Below, piece after piece: positions 38,555 through 48,856 of a stretch of DNA of 64,000 bases (position 1 is its first letter; each line of letters starts with the position of its first letter). The notes under the pieces are model-generated. The model was not told where the DNA came from. It was given only the letters and a program-made list of their open reading frames with translations, and searched no databases. The translations under genes and the position numbers were made by a program. Source of the DNA: Prevotella sp. (lineage in GTDB: Bacteria; Bacteroidota; Bacteroidia; Bacteroidales; Bacteroidaceae); contig JAZLKO010000008.1 in NCBI GenBank assembly GCA_045597685.1, positions 3,097 through 67,096 on the forward strand, in the 5' to 3' direction.

Positions 38555-40888
38555 ATGAGATTACTATTTAAATTAAACATAGTAAAACAATATTTCCGCT
38601 TAATCCTCGCTGCCATCGGTACAAGTATATCACTGGTATCCTGCTCTGATGAATTTTTCAGCGGTGAGAATGGTATAGCTCAGCCTGAAGGCTCGCGTGT
38701 GATTGCAATATCCTTTGGTACGCAGACTAGAACAGCCCTCGGTGATGATGGGCTGACTCCTGAGTTTGTGGGCGGAGAGATGATATTGGTATCGAATGAT
38801 GAAACAACCCAAGAATGTCAGGTTACATTTTCGGGTGAAAAGGCAATTATCACCACCAGTCTTAAAGGTACGCTCACAGCAGTATATCCAGCGACAGCGG
38901 CACAGATTGAAAATAATGTAATTGCAGGGGTCAAAGTCTCCACTGAACAGTCTGGTAAAATTGCCGATGCCAATATCTGTATGGCGAAGAATATCACAGA
39001 TGCTGCGACTTTTGTGAATCAGACGGCAATCCTGAAATTCTATGTTGGTGAGGAGATAGGAGTGACTTCTATCAATGTAACGAGTTCTGGAGAAGAAATA
39101 GCAGATGGGTCGAAAACAATAACGGTTGCAGCTTCTGGAGGCAAAACGCTGTATGATAATATGCCAACCGGTCAGGACAGGAGAATATGCTATGTGGCAG
39201 TAAAATCTGGCGCGAATGCAAATACGCTCACGTTTACAACAAAAACCAACACACAAGGTCAGCAAACCAAAACAGCAACGGTTGATGCCACCCTTGCAAT
39301 AGGTATGATGTACAATGCCTTCATACCTTATTATGTAGAGGTCGGTGACCAGAAATGGGCATACTGTAACATCGGTGCCTTCCTTCCTGAAGAACCAGGT
39401 GAGTATTTCGCATGGGGAGAGGTAAAAGGTCACAAAGCGGATTTCAGCATATCACCTGATAATGATGGTAATATACCTGAAGCATTTGCCAGTGACTTTA
39501 AAGTTTTTAACCATAGCGATGCCAGATATACTGGTACTTATAATTCTTCAAGTGGTTTCGCATTTTGCAATACGCCATACTATAATGGCACTTCTTTCGA
39601 CAAGTACACAGGTTCAGATGGTAATACACTTCTACGAGAAGATGATGCAGCCAATGCTAATTGGGGCAATAATTGGCGTATGCCGACCTCACAGGATTTT
39701 TATAATTTGTATGATGCCTGTGCCATTAACGGCTATGGCATAACCACATACGCAGGAACTGAGCGCGGAGAAGTCCCTACATTTGGCAAGGGAGTCTATT
39801 GGTGCGGTAATTACGACGGGGTAGCAGGCTGTCTTTTCTGTGACGGCACCAACAAGTTGTTCTTCCCCGCTATGGGTTGTGGCAGTGGTACCAAACTCAT
39901 CGATGTAGGCAAATACGTCCGCTATTGGTCAAGTACTGAAGCGAGTTATGATCATTACGCGTACCGCCTGGACATCAGCGACAGCGATGTCGATCTGCAG
40001 CTCTACGGCAACCGTTTCGACGGCAACTCCGTCCGCCCTATCTATGATTACACAATTCCCGATGGGGCATTGCCTGGAGTGTTCTCAGTTGGTCCTAATG
40101 AAGAAGATAAGGTGCACTTCTCTAAAGGAAACCTGTATTGTGACAATTCAAATTCCAGCGCTCCAATATGGGGTTTTGAAGAAAAGCAGTATTATTTCCG
40201 TACTATCTCTGGTAAGGGCAAGTGCGATGCTTCTGGATACAGTATAAATACTGGTACGCTCACTAATCACTGGGGACTTTTTGGATGGTCGTCAGAAAAT
40301 GATGATAATTATGGTATGAATTTGTCAGACGATTATAAAGATTATTCAGGAGAATTCAAGGATTGGGGAGAGAATATTGGCGGAGGAAATATTTGGCGGA
40401 CAATGTCAATTGATGAATGGATATATTTATTAGAAACACGCAACGCTTCCACAATAAACGGTGTAAGTAATGCTCGATATATGTTCTGCAGAATTAAGAT
40501 AGATGATTCTAATTCCGTTCCGGGCATGCTTGTTTTTTCAGATGATTTCAGTTGGCCAACAGGAACTGCTCCTGTAGAATCTGCTGCAACCACGATCAAT
40601 GGAAATTATGGTTCTTATACCGAATATGAAATAGCAGAATTTGAGAGTTTGGAGTCTGCTGGAGCCGTGTTCCTTCCTGAAGCAGGACAACGAAAATCAG
40701 GTACCGAAATTATGGAAGTGGATATTTACGGTGGATATCGGTCATCTACGGCCATTGATGAACAATATGCTCGTTACCTAAGTTTTTATTATACCACAGT
40801 TGATATGAACTGGATGACAGATTCACGACATTTTGGCGATCTGTCCGATTGGTCACGAATGTCAAATAAACATAATGGAATTGTCTGA
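38555..40888 (+). CDS. Pilin-like lipoprotein 4 with two CLec-like domains; last codons apparently frameshifted
   Basis: LVS-C, QTRT; YWSS...GNSVRP; PGVFSVG...FSKGNL; SVRLV motif present only in another frame at 40840-40854. Confidence 0.8.
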   Translation: MRLLFKLNIVKQYFRLILAAIGTSISLVSCSDEFFSGENGIAQPEGSRVIAISFGTQTRTALGDDGLTPEFVGGEMILVSNDETTQECQVTFSGEKAIITTSLKGTLTAVYPATAAQIENNVIAGVKVSTEQSGKIADANICMAKNITDAATFVNQTAILKFYVGEEIGVTSINVTSSGEEIADGSKTITVAASGGKTLYDNMPTGQDRRICYVAVKSGANANTLTFTTKTNTQGQQTKTATVDATLAIGMMYNAFIPYYVEVGDQKWAYCNIGAFLPEEPGEYFAWGEVKGHKADFSISPDNDGNIPEAFASDFKVFNHSDARYTGTYNSSSGFAFCNTPYYNGTSFDKYTGSDGNTLLREDDAANANWGNNWRMPTSQDFYNLYDACAINGYGITTYAGTERGEVPTFGKGVYWCGNYDGVAGCLFCDGTNKLFFPAMGCGSGTKLIDVGKYVRYWSSTEASYDHYAYRLDISDSDVDLQLYGNRFDGNSVRPIYDYTIPDGALPGVFSVGPNEEDKVHFSKGNLYCDNSNSSAPIWGFEEKQYYFRTISGKGKCDASGYSINTGTLTNHWGLFGWSSENDDNYGMNLSDDYKDYSGEFKDWGENIGGGNIWRTMSIDEWIYLLETRNASTINGVSNARYMFCRIKIDDSNSVPGMLVFSDDFSWPTGTAPVESAATTINGNYGSYTEYEIAEFESLESAGAVFLPEAGQRKSGTEIMEVDIYGGYRSSTAIDEQYARYLSFYYTTVDMNWMTDSRHFGDLSDWSRMSNKHNGIV

Positions 40889-40908
40889 TAAAAAACATAA
40901 TAAGTAAT

Positions 40909-43245
40909 ATGAAAAAAACCTACAAACTCATTATCGCAGCCATTGCCATAAGCATGGCACTGGCATCCTGCTCTGATGAGCTTATCACCGGAGAGAATGA
41001 CTATGCTCAGTCTGAAGGCTCGCGTGTAATCGCAATATCCTTTGGTTCACAAACCAGAACTGCCCTCGGTGATGATAGGCTGACGCCTGAGTTCACGGGT
41101 GAAGACGAGTGGATCAGGGTTTCCAACTCGTTTATGAGTGAGAACTGCAAGGTGGTGGTGTATCAGAATGGTAGAGCATCCATCACAACGAGTCTTACTG
41201 GTGCTCTCACAGCTGTATATCCAGCAAGTGCTGCTCAAATGGATGGAGGTCGCATATCTGGGATTTCCATTTCTCCATATCAGGATGGTACTTTCGCATC
41301 AGCCAACATCTGTATGGCAGAAATGGAGGATGAGAAGGAAGAGAGCCTGACATTCCATAACAAAACTGCCCTGTTTGCAATCACTCCTCCAGAAGAGACA
41401 ACACAACTCAAGGTCACTTCGCTCCGGCCAGTCGAGAACGGTGGAGCTCGTTCAGGGTATTCATTGCCGATTACGACTGGACAGGATTTCGATGCCATAA
41501 CCATCACAACCACCGGGAAAGATCCTGACGACAAGGTGTATCTCTCCCTTTGTCCAGGTGTCAATCTGAGCGACCTGTCGTTCGAAGCAGAATTTGCGAC
41601 AACAGGCACAGGCTCTATCAAGGGGATCCCGATGAAGGCAATTGAAGAGGCTAAGGCTGAGAATACTACAGTAGGTGGCACCATATACACAATCAACGGA
41701 AACAATTGGCATGAATATGTAACCATTAACGGAGTGAAATGGGCTACGATGAATATTGGAGCCAGCAAGTCAGAAGAGTATGGTAGATATTTTGCTTGGG
41801 GTGATATTATAGGGCATGTACCAACTGGCGGTAGTTTTATTTTCCCTACCACTAATCCTGATCCGTCAAGATATACTGGTTCTTGGAACGCCTCGAAAAG
41901 TTTTGATCATTGTAATGCTCCATATTACGATGGTAAGGACTACTCAAGCGGTAAATATAATGTTACCAACAATGGTAAGACAGAACTCGATCTCATAGAT
42001 GATGCAGCATATATGAATTGGGGCGGTGCTTGGCATATGCCAAAAGGAGGAGGCAATAGCGAATTCAATTATTTTATAAGTAACTCCACTTGGACAGACA
42101 ATTACAATAATACAAACGTCAGCGGTCGGGTGGTCACAGATGGACAGTTGTCATTGTTTTTACCAGCTGCCGGTGATGGGTATCAGGTGACCAACTATAA
42201 TCCAGGCTATATGGTTCACTATTGGACAAGAACTCTTTCAAATTCAAGCTCTGGAGACGGTCAAAATACAAATGCATACATGCTTCATGCACCATCTGGA
42301 CAAGCATTATTAAATAATGAAACAGGCCGTTTCCGTGGTAATTCAGTCCGTGCCATCGTCAACGATGAAGATTCAAGAATGAAAAAAGTCATCTGGGAGA
42401 ATGACGGCTCGCACGGGGGTATATCTTGGAGCGGTGATTATCGTTTTTCAAATGAAGAGCGTACTACAGGAGAAGAGATTTATGCCATTCCGATGGATGA
42501 ATGGAATAATGTCATAAAGAGTGGCACTTTTTATCTGTTGGCAAGGCTTGACGGTTGGGCTCAAGTCAGAATCACAACTGGTTGGTGGAGTACTGTTTGG
42601 ACAGGAAATGATATTACCCCTGGGGACAGTCACTATACCGACAATGGAGACGGTACTTTTTTGATTGAAATCAATTTTGCGGGGGATGCTATTCTTGATA
42701 TGTTGGATGAACAGCATCTGCTCTTCACGGGTGGTGGTTACACTCCGTTGGAATTGTATTATTATGCGGCACCTCTGAAACCGGCTCCAAGAGAACTCGT
42801 GCTTTGGAAAGGAGAGGCGTATGCCGATGATTTTACCAATCAACCATCTTTTCTTGACAATTATGGTCAGGAATTTTTGGCCGCAGGAGCCAAAGCAGGA
42901 CGTGAAGTACGCTTCTACATTACTCCAACGGAAACAGATTGGCACTTTGAGATAGTGGAAGGCCATTGGGGATGGGTCACGGCCTGGAACGACCTGACTG
43001 ACGATGAACGAAATGAAAAGATGATTTACCGCAGTTATTGCTCACCATTGAGCGATACAGAGGGCGGCAAGTATATACATTGGGACCTTGATGCCAATGG
43101 AGGCTATGTTCCCCTTACCCTTACGCAGGAAATGCTGGATGTGATGGTTTCTCCAAACCCCGATGTCGATTGGGGCGGAACCTTCATAGGCAATGGTGAC
43201 AATGTCATTGTTACCAAAATCACATTGCTGTCCGAGGAAAACTAA
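40909..43245 (+). CDS. Pilin-like lipoprotein 5: CLec-like domain plus two SGBP-like carbohydrate-binding modules
   Basis: LAS-C, QTRT; KWATMNIGA...GNSVRA; then Trp-rich modules VIWENDG...TTGWWS and LWKGEAYADD...EGHWG...NGDNVIVTKITL. Confidence 0.75.
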   Translation: MKKTYKLIIAAIAISMALASCSDELITGENDYAQSEGSRVIAISFGSQTRTALGDDRLTPEFTGEDEWIRVSNSFMSENCKVVVYQNGRASITTSLTGALTAVYPASAAQMDGGRISGISISPYQDGTFASANICMAEMEDEKEESLTFHNKTALFAITPPEETTQLKVTSLRPVENGGARSGYSLPITTGQDFDAITITTTGKDPDDKVYLSLCPGVNLSDLSFEAEFATTGTGSIKGIPMKAIEEAKAENTTVGGTIYTINGNNWHEYVTINGVKWATMNIGASKSEEYGRYFAWGDIIGHVPTGGSFIFPTTNPDPSRYTGSWNASKSFDHCNAPYYDGKDYSSGKYNVTNNGKTELDLIDDAAYMNWGGAWHMPKGGGNSEFNYFISNSTWTDNYNNTNVSGRVVTDGQLSLFLPAAGDGYQVTNYNPGYMVHYWTRTLSNSSSGDGQNTNAYMLHAPSGQALLNNETGRFRGNSVRAIVNDEDSRMKKVIWENDGSHGGISWSGDYRFSNEERTTGEEIYAIPMDEWNNVIKSGTFYLLARLDGWAQVRITTGWWSTVWTGNDITPGDSHYTDNGDGTFLIEINFAGDAILDMLDEQHLLFTGGGYTPLELYYYAAPLKPAPRELVLWKGEAYADDFTNQPSFLDNYGQEFLAAGAKAGREVRFYITPTETDWHFEIVEGHWGWVTAWNDLTDDERNEKMIYRSYCSPLSDTEGGKYIHWDLDANGGYVPLTLTQEMLDVMVSPNPDVDWGGTFIGNGDNVIVTKITLLSEEN

Positions 43246-43365
43246 AACAGCAAATTATCTAAACAGTGAATTCGCACTCCTACAAATTTCCCATGCTACA
43301 CAAAATAGATAATTACCTAAAAGTAACTATAAAATAAATGCTGAAAATAATATAAATAAAATAGT

Positions 43366-44940
43366 ATGAAAAGGACCTATAAACTCATTCATGCAGTTAT
43401 CGCTACAAGTTTGGCATTTACCTCCTGTTCTGATGAACTTTTCACTGGAGTGAATGGCTACTCGCAGTCCGAAGGCTCGCGCACTATCGCTGTGTCCTTC
43501 GGCCCGCAGACACGTACTGCCCTCGGTGATGATGGACTGACTCCTGAGTTTACGGGTCAAGACAAAATATTCTTGTGTACCAATCCTAAGAATCCAGACG
43601 AGGTGAAAACTCAAATTTGCACGGTGAATGTCGATAAGACAGGCAAAGCCACAATCTCTACAAACCTTGCTGGTGAACTGACTGCTATTTATCCTGCAAA
43701 AGGTGCTGAATATTTCGATAAACTTGAGCGTTACGACATAGGTGTACCCCAAATACAGTCTGGTAAATTTGCCGATTCCAATATCTGCAAGGCAACCATT
43801 GCTGCGGATGAAAGTACTGCTCAATTCAAGAATCAGTTTGCACTGTTCGTCATCACTCCTCCAAAGGGTACTCAAAAGCTCACCATCAAGTCACTCCCGA
43901 CAATAGGAGATGACGGTCAGCGTTCAGGAGATGCGAAATTTGTCAATAATCTCGCATCAGGCGATGGTATGTATTATGTGACGGTTGAGACCCCACCTGC
44001 CGATGGTAAATATTATGTTGCCCTTTTCGATGGTGCCAAGCTTAGTGACCTGTCGTTCGAAGCGGAATTTTCGACAGCAGGCACTGGCTCAATCAAGGGA
44101 ATCCCGATGAAGGCAATTGAAAAGGCTAAGGCTGTAAATAGTATAGCAAGTGGCACTATGTACACCATCAACGAAAACAACTGGCATGAGTACGTCACCA
44201 TCGGTGGCAAGAAATGGGCAACGGAAAATATCGGTGCGACCGACTCAGATCCTTACGGCACATATTTCATGTGGGGAGCAGTTGAGAAGGCATACACCAG
44301 TCTTTCAAACAAAACCTTCACATTCGGTGACAAGCCTTCAAGTTACGTTAACTCAACTTGGAATGCAAGCAAAGGTTTTGTTTGGGATAATTGCAATTTT
44401 ACCGATGGTGTATATATAAAAGATTCTAAAATGGCTGTCTTCACAAAGTACACCAGCAATAATACCTATGCGAAAAGCGGCACTGCTGACAATAAGACTG
44501 TCCTCGACCTTACCGACGATGCGGCGTATGTCAATTGGGGCGGTGCCTGGCGTATGCCTACGGGAGGAATTGATGCCACTGCGGATTTTACCGCTTTGAC
44601 TAAGGCCTGCAAAAATTATACTTCAGGAACGTTAACATATACAGGCAAGGTCACCGAAGAACCTACATCTAAGGGAATATATTATTACAATGTGTCAGGC
44701 AGCAAGGGTGTTTATCTCGTTGCCGACAGTAATCATAAGTTGTTCTTCCCAGCTGCAGGTGGTGGCCGCAGTGAGGATAACAAGCTCTTCAATTCTGACA
44801 ATCACGGCAACTATTGGTCAAGTACCCTCTGCCCGTCCAATCAAAACGCATACATCTTTCGCATCGAGGGTGATTTACTCAATCCACAGAACAACTTCAT
44901 GCGTTGCCATGGCCGCACCATCCGTCCCGTTGCAGATTGA
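43366..44940 (+). CDS. Pilin-like lipoprotein 6 with a terminal CLec-like domain
   Basis: FTS-C, QTRT; KWATENIGA, DDAA, WRMPT, GNYWSS, GRTIRPVAD*. Confidence 0.8.
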   Translation: MKRTYKLIHAVIATSLAFTSCSDELFTGVNGYSQSEGSRTIAVSFGPQTRTALGDDGLTPEFTGQDKIFLCTNPKNPDEVKTQICTVNVDKTGKATISTNLAGELTAIYPAKGAEYFDKLERYDIGVPQIQSGKFADSNICKATIAADESTAQFKNQFALFVITPPKGTQKLTIKSLPTIGDDGQRSGDAKFVNNLASGDGMYYVTVETPPADGKYYVALFDGAKLSDLSFEAEFSTAGTGSIKGIPMKAIEKAKAVNSIASGTMYTINENNWHEYVTIGGKKWATENIGATDSDPYGTYFMWGAVEKAYTSLSNKTFTFGDKPSSYVNSTWNASKGFVWDNCNFTDGVYIKDSKMAVFTKYTSNNTYAKSGTADNKTVLDLTDDAAYVNWGGAWRMPTGGIDATADFTALTKACKNYTSGTLTYTGKVTEEPTSKGIYYYNVSGSKGVYLVADSNHKLFFPAAGGGRSEDNKLFNSDNHGNYWSSTLCPSNQNAYIFRIEGDLLNPQNNFMRCHGRTIRPVAD

Positions 44941-44998
44941 ATCATGATAGCTTTTTTAACTACGATTGGAATTGAATTATATAAACAGATATAAAATC

Positions 44999-47002
44999 AT
45001 GAAAAGAACCTACAAACTCATTTTCGCAGCTATTGCTGCAAGTCTTGTATTTGCGTCATGCACGAATGAAAATTACGATGGAACACAGCCGGAAGGTACT
45101 CGCGTAATTACCGCATCATTCGACCCACAGACTCGAACTTATCTTGACGGTCTTACTCCTAAATTCAACGACGGAGATGAAATCTTAGTTTCTAACGGAA
45201 CTACAATAAAAATTCTTCCAATTTATGTGAATGATGGCCGATCATTGTTCAGCACTATTCTTACAGGTGAACTGACTGCGGTCTATCCTGCAGAAGCTGC
45301 CGTGGTGGAAAACAATGTGATAAAGGGTGTCAAGGTGCCGGCTGAACAGAGTGGCAGATTTGCTGATGCAAATATCGCTATTGCAGAACGTGTAGTCAAA
45401 AGTGCCCACTTCAGCAACCAAACAGCGCTCTTTATCATTACTCCACAGGAAGGAGCAGGAAGGCTTACAATCACTTCTGCTGTTGCTCCTATCAATACCA
45501 AAGGTGCTAACGATGAAGAAAAAAGAAAAGTGACAGTCAAGGGAACAGATTCAGACGGGAAATTCTATGTAGCCCTTCTTTCAGGGGCAAAACTCAGTGA
45601 CCTTACGTTTGACACAGGAGGTGAGAAAGTGAAATACTCCGTTGCAGAAATTGAAGCAATGCAAACGGAAGATATTGTCGTAACTGGCAGGGCTTACCAA
45701 ATAGGTCGGTCTAAATGGGTGTCATGCGTGAACACCATCAAGGGTGCAATAGAGGCTCTGAGGGGAGGAAAAACAGCTGTTGAAATTACGTCCCCAACAG
45801 ATATTGGTACTCCTGTGGATCTTCCATCCTCAACCGATGGAAAAGATATTTCCATCAGCATAAAAGGTGTTACGGGTAGCACTATTACCTTCCAATTGGA
45901 AGATGATGCTAAAGGTCCTGAAAATCTATATATTGATACCGATGCCAAGGAACTTGTAATCAATTGCCCGAACTCTCATGTTGAGGTTAATGGAGGCAAT
46001 TATCAGACTGTCACAGCCACTACTTCGGCCTCTACTCTCGTGGTGGGCAAGGGCGTGACAATCGGTACACTCGACATAAAGGGCGGTAATGCCGAAATAT
46101 GCGGACTCGTGAGCAAGGTCACCAGACAGGGGAGTGAGAAAATTCAGTTCTCTATCTCTACTCCAGAGACTTTGGTACGTCTCTCGGAACTTGTCAATGG
46201 TGGGAATGTTCCTTCCTGTACGGCAGTGCTGACGGAAGATATTGACTTGTCCGGTCGGAAATGGAAATCCATCAATACGAACAGTCGTCTCACATCGTTC
46301 GATGGTCAGGGACATACCATAGACAATATGGATGTTGATACCGAAAATGCAAAAGACTGGGCAGGATTCATCAGCAAAGCATACAACGACTTCACTATCA
46401 AGAACGTGACCTTCACCAATGCTAAACTTGAATGGCCAGCGAGCGCGGTGACCGATGCTCGTGGTGGTATTGTGGTCGGAAGCATATATAAAGGGGAATT
46501 CATCAACTGTCACGTGAAGAACTCTCACATCAGCGCTTTCCAGAAAATCGGCGGTATTGTGGGCTGCATATTTGAAACAACGGCGGACGTTACGGTCAAG
46601 GACTGCACGGTTGAAGGTCTCTCTATGGAATACAGCATTGAAGACCCAGACGGCTCCTACACTTGGCAGGCTGGTGGCATTGCCGGATACGTGACTACCT
46701 GTGGCAACCGCACGTTCGAGAATTGCAGCGTGAAGAATATCACGGTGAAGAGCCCTTGTACGGATTATAACCTTGCTTATTTCTCTCACGCCTTTGTTGG
46801 CAATCTCATCACTTATGGAAATAACTGCGGTAGCAAAACCATCACATTCAAAGGCAACAAGGTTGATGCACAGCTCAGCGGTGTGACTCCAGGTATGTAT
46901 TCTTCCGACTTCTTCGGATGGGCAGACAACAAGGAAAGGGTGAGCGTGCCTCTGCCTAAGATTATCATCGATGGCAAGACTTGGGAACCGAAGAATCCAT
47001 GA
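44999..47002 (+). CDS. Pilin-like lipoprotein 7 with GLUG/beta-helix-like C-terminal repeats
   Basis: FAS-C, QTRTYLDG; LTEDIDLSG..W, FDGQGHTIDNM, GGIVVG, IGGIVG, AGGIAG. Confidence 0.75.
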   Translation: MKRTYKLIFAAIAASLVFASCTNENYDGTQPEGTRVITASFDPQTRTYLDGLTPKFNDGDEILVSNGTTIKILPIYVNDGRSLFSTILTGELTAVYPAEAAVVENNVIKGVKVPAEQSGRFADANIAIAERVVKSAHFSNQTALFIITPQEGAGRLTITSAVAPINTKGANDEEKRKVTVKGTDSDGKFYVALLSGAKLSDLTFDTGGEKVKYSVAEIEAMQTEDIVVTGRAYQIGRSKWVSCVNTIKGAIEALRGGKTAVEITSPTDIGTPVDLPSSTDGKDISISIKGVTGSTITFQLEDDAKGPENLYIDTDAKELVINCPNSHVEVNGGNYQTVTATTSASTLVVGKGVTIGTLDIKGGNAEICGLVSKVTRQGSEKIQFSISTPETLVRLSELVNGGNVPSCTAVLTEDIDLSGRKWKSINTNSRLTSFDGQGHTIDNMDVDTENAKDWAGFISKAYNDFTIKNVTFTNAKLEWPASAVTDARGGIVVGSIYKGEFINCHVKNSHISAFQKIGGIVGCIFETTADVTVKDCTVEGLSMEYSIEDPDGSYTWQAGGIAGYVTTCGNRTFENCSVKNITVKSPCTDYNLAYFSHAFVGNLITYGNNCGSKTITFKGNKVDAQLSGVTPGMYSSDFFGWADNKERVSVPLPKIIIDGKTWEPKNP

Positions 47003-47048
47003 TGCCCCATCACCTCTCGGCTCAAAACAGGCTGAGTAAATCATAAAT

Positions 47049-47080
47049 CAAAAGAGCCTTGCGACTGCGAGGCTCTTTTG
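47049..47080 (+). terminator. Intrinsic terminator ending the pilus operon
   Basis: CAAAAGAGCCT-TGCGACTGCG-AGGCTCTTTTG hairpin with A/T tails. Confidence 0.8.
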
Positions 47081-47341
47081 GGCACAGTGGTCATCGGCTT
47101 GCCGCTTGGCTCGTCCAAGAATTTTAGTGAGGGAAGTCTTGTTTAGACAAAAACCGAGAAAACCCCTTGAAGAGTATGGACGCTTATCAGCGCCTGATAC
47201 TATGAGCATGAGATTTTCCTTGAAAGCAGCTTTCAGATAAAACCTCCCACTCATACCATCACCTTCATACAGAAGGCTACAATGGAAGCAGGACTAACGA
47301 AAACACAATAAAAGCCGTAGATTTATCGTTTATACTTTTAT

Positions 47342-47464
47342 ATGGAAGAAAATAAGATAACAACGGGCATAATGACTATTCCCGCAGATTTGTTCTCGGA
47401 TTTGTGTGGCATCATTGAAACATTGTGTACGCATGCGTACATTTTATGCCCAACTTCCAAATAA
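47342..47464 (+). pseudogene. Possible 5' stub of a second DUF1016 gene
   Basis: LFSDLCGIIETLCTHAY resembles DUF1016 N-termini; 40 codons only. Confidence 0.4.
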
Positions 47465-47483
47465 GATAGTAAAAATTTGCGGT

Positions 47484-48686
47484 ATGAAAAACGAAGATAA
47501 CAATAATGATAAAAGAGTCGTGAAAATTCACGATGTGCAGATTGACAGCGATTACGCTCAGTGGCTTAATGAGATTAAGTCACGTTATCGTAGTGCCCAA
47601 GTCAAGGCGGCGGTAAAGGTGAATGCTGAGCAGCTGCTTTTCAACTGGCAGTTGGGAAGGGATCTTGTGACTCGTAAGGCCGAAGAACAATGGGGTGCCG
47701 GTGTTGTCGAGCAACTCAGCCTTGACCTACAAAACGCCTTTCCCGAATCAAAGGGTTTCAGTACCACGAATCTGTGGTACATGAAACAATGGTACGAATT
47801 CTACTCATCAGAAAGTGCTATGCAAAAACTCCAACAAGTTGTTGGAGAATTACAAACAACAGACAATCAGTCTGTTGCAAAACTCCACCAACTTGGTGGA
47901 GAAATATTTGAGTCTCAAATAATGCTTCCCAATGGCGCAAAATTTCCAACCATTTTCAGTTTTGTACCATGGGGGCATCATATAGAAATTATCAGCAAAT
48001 GCAAATCCACCGAGGAAGCACTCTTCTATGTAAAGAAATGCGCCACCGAAGGTTGGAGCCGTAACACCCTGGTGAATTGCATAAAGGGCCATTACTATGA
48101 GAACCTTGGAGGTGCAATCACAAACTTTGCCGACAAACTCCCGTCCCCTCAAAGTGAACTGGCGCAGGCTATTACCAAAGATACATACGACTTTGGCTTC
48201 ATTTCATTGGAGGAGGGATACAAAGAAGAAGCTCTCGAAACCGAACTTGAGAAGCAGCTCACACGCTTCCTGTTGGAACTTGGAACAGGCTTCGCATATA
48301 TGGGCAGGCAGAAACAACTTATCATTGCTGGCAAGACTCGGAAACTTGATATGCTCTTTTTCCATATTCCGCTCAACTGCTATGTGGTTGTCGAACTCAA
48401 GACTGTACCATTCCAACCTGAATTTGCAGGAAAGCTGAACTTCTATGTAAATGCCGTTGATGACCTGATTAAGACTCCATCACAGAATCCGACCATTGGT
48501 CTTCTGATATGCAGCAACAAGGACGAAACAGAAGTACAATATGCATTCAACGGAATAACAACCCCTATGGGTGTGGCATCATACGACAATGTTCAAGTGA
48601 AGAGGCTTCAGGAACAACTGCCTTCTGTTGAAGAGTTGAAGGCAAGGATTCGGCTGCTCGAAGAAGAACTCCGGGATTCAGGTTAG
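47484..48686 (+). CDS. DUF1016/YhcG PD-(D/E)XK nuclease-like protein
   Basis: VNAEQLLFNWQLG, KGFSTTNLWYMKQWY, WGHH, FLLELGTGF, VVELK, NFYVNAVDD. Confidence 0.92.
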   Translation: MKNEDNNNDKRVVKIHDVQIDSDYAQWLNEIKSRYRSAQVKAAVKVNAEQLLFNWQLGRDLVTRKAEEQWGAGVVEQLSLDLQNAFPESKGFSTTNLWYMKQWYEFYSSESAMQKLQQVVGELQTTDNQSVAKLHQLGGEIFESQIMLPNGAKFPTIFSFVPWGHHIEIISKCKSTEEALFYVKKCATEGWSRNTLVNCIKGHYYENLGGAITNFADKLPSPQSELAQAITKDTYDFGFISLEEGYKEEALETELEKQLTRFLLELGTGFAYMGRQKQLIIAGKTRKLDMLFFHIPLNCYVVVELKTVPFQPEFAGKLNFYVNAVDDLIKTPSQNPTIGLLICSNKDETEVQYAFNGITTPMGVASYDNVQVKRLQEQLPSVEELKARIRLLEEELRDSG

Positions 48687-48856
48687 AGGAGGCTTCGCAA
48701 ACGAAAACGAAAACTGGCGAAGTTAAGGTTAGGGACTATAGATGTTAACAAGCGTTAAACTGTAAAGAAAATTCCATGAAATCCTTTTCTTCGTTGGGAA
48801 AAAGTTGTATCTTTGCAGCGGAAATTATTGTATATTTATACTGAAATATCCGCTAT

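Noticed and set aside
33615-47002. Shufflon interpretation of the pilin array
   Set aside because: All genes are full-length and co-oriented, with no inverted cassettes and no recombinase in the window.
45926-47044. 372-aa antisense ORF (also 38630-39433, 41280-41852, 43327-43875)
   Set aside because: Fully overlap well-supported pilin genes, show no recognisable motifs, and are expected from codon bias.
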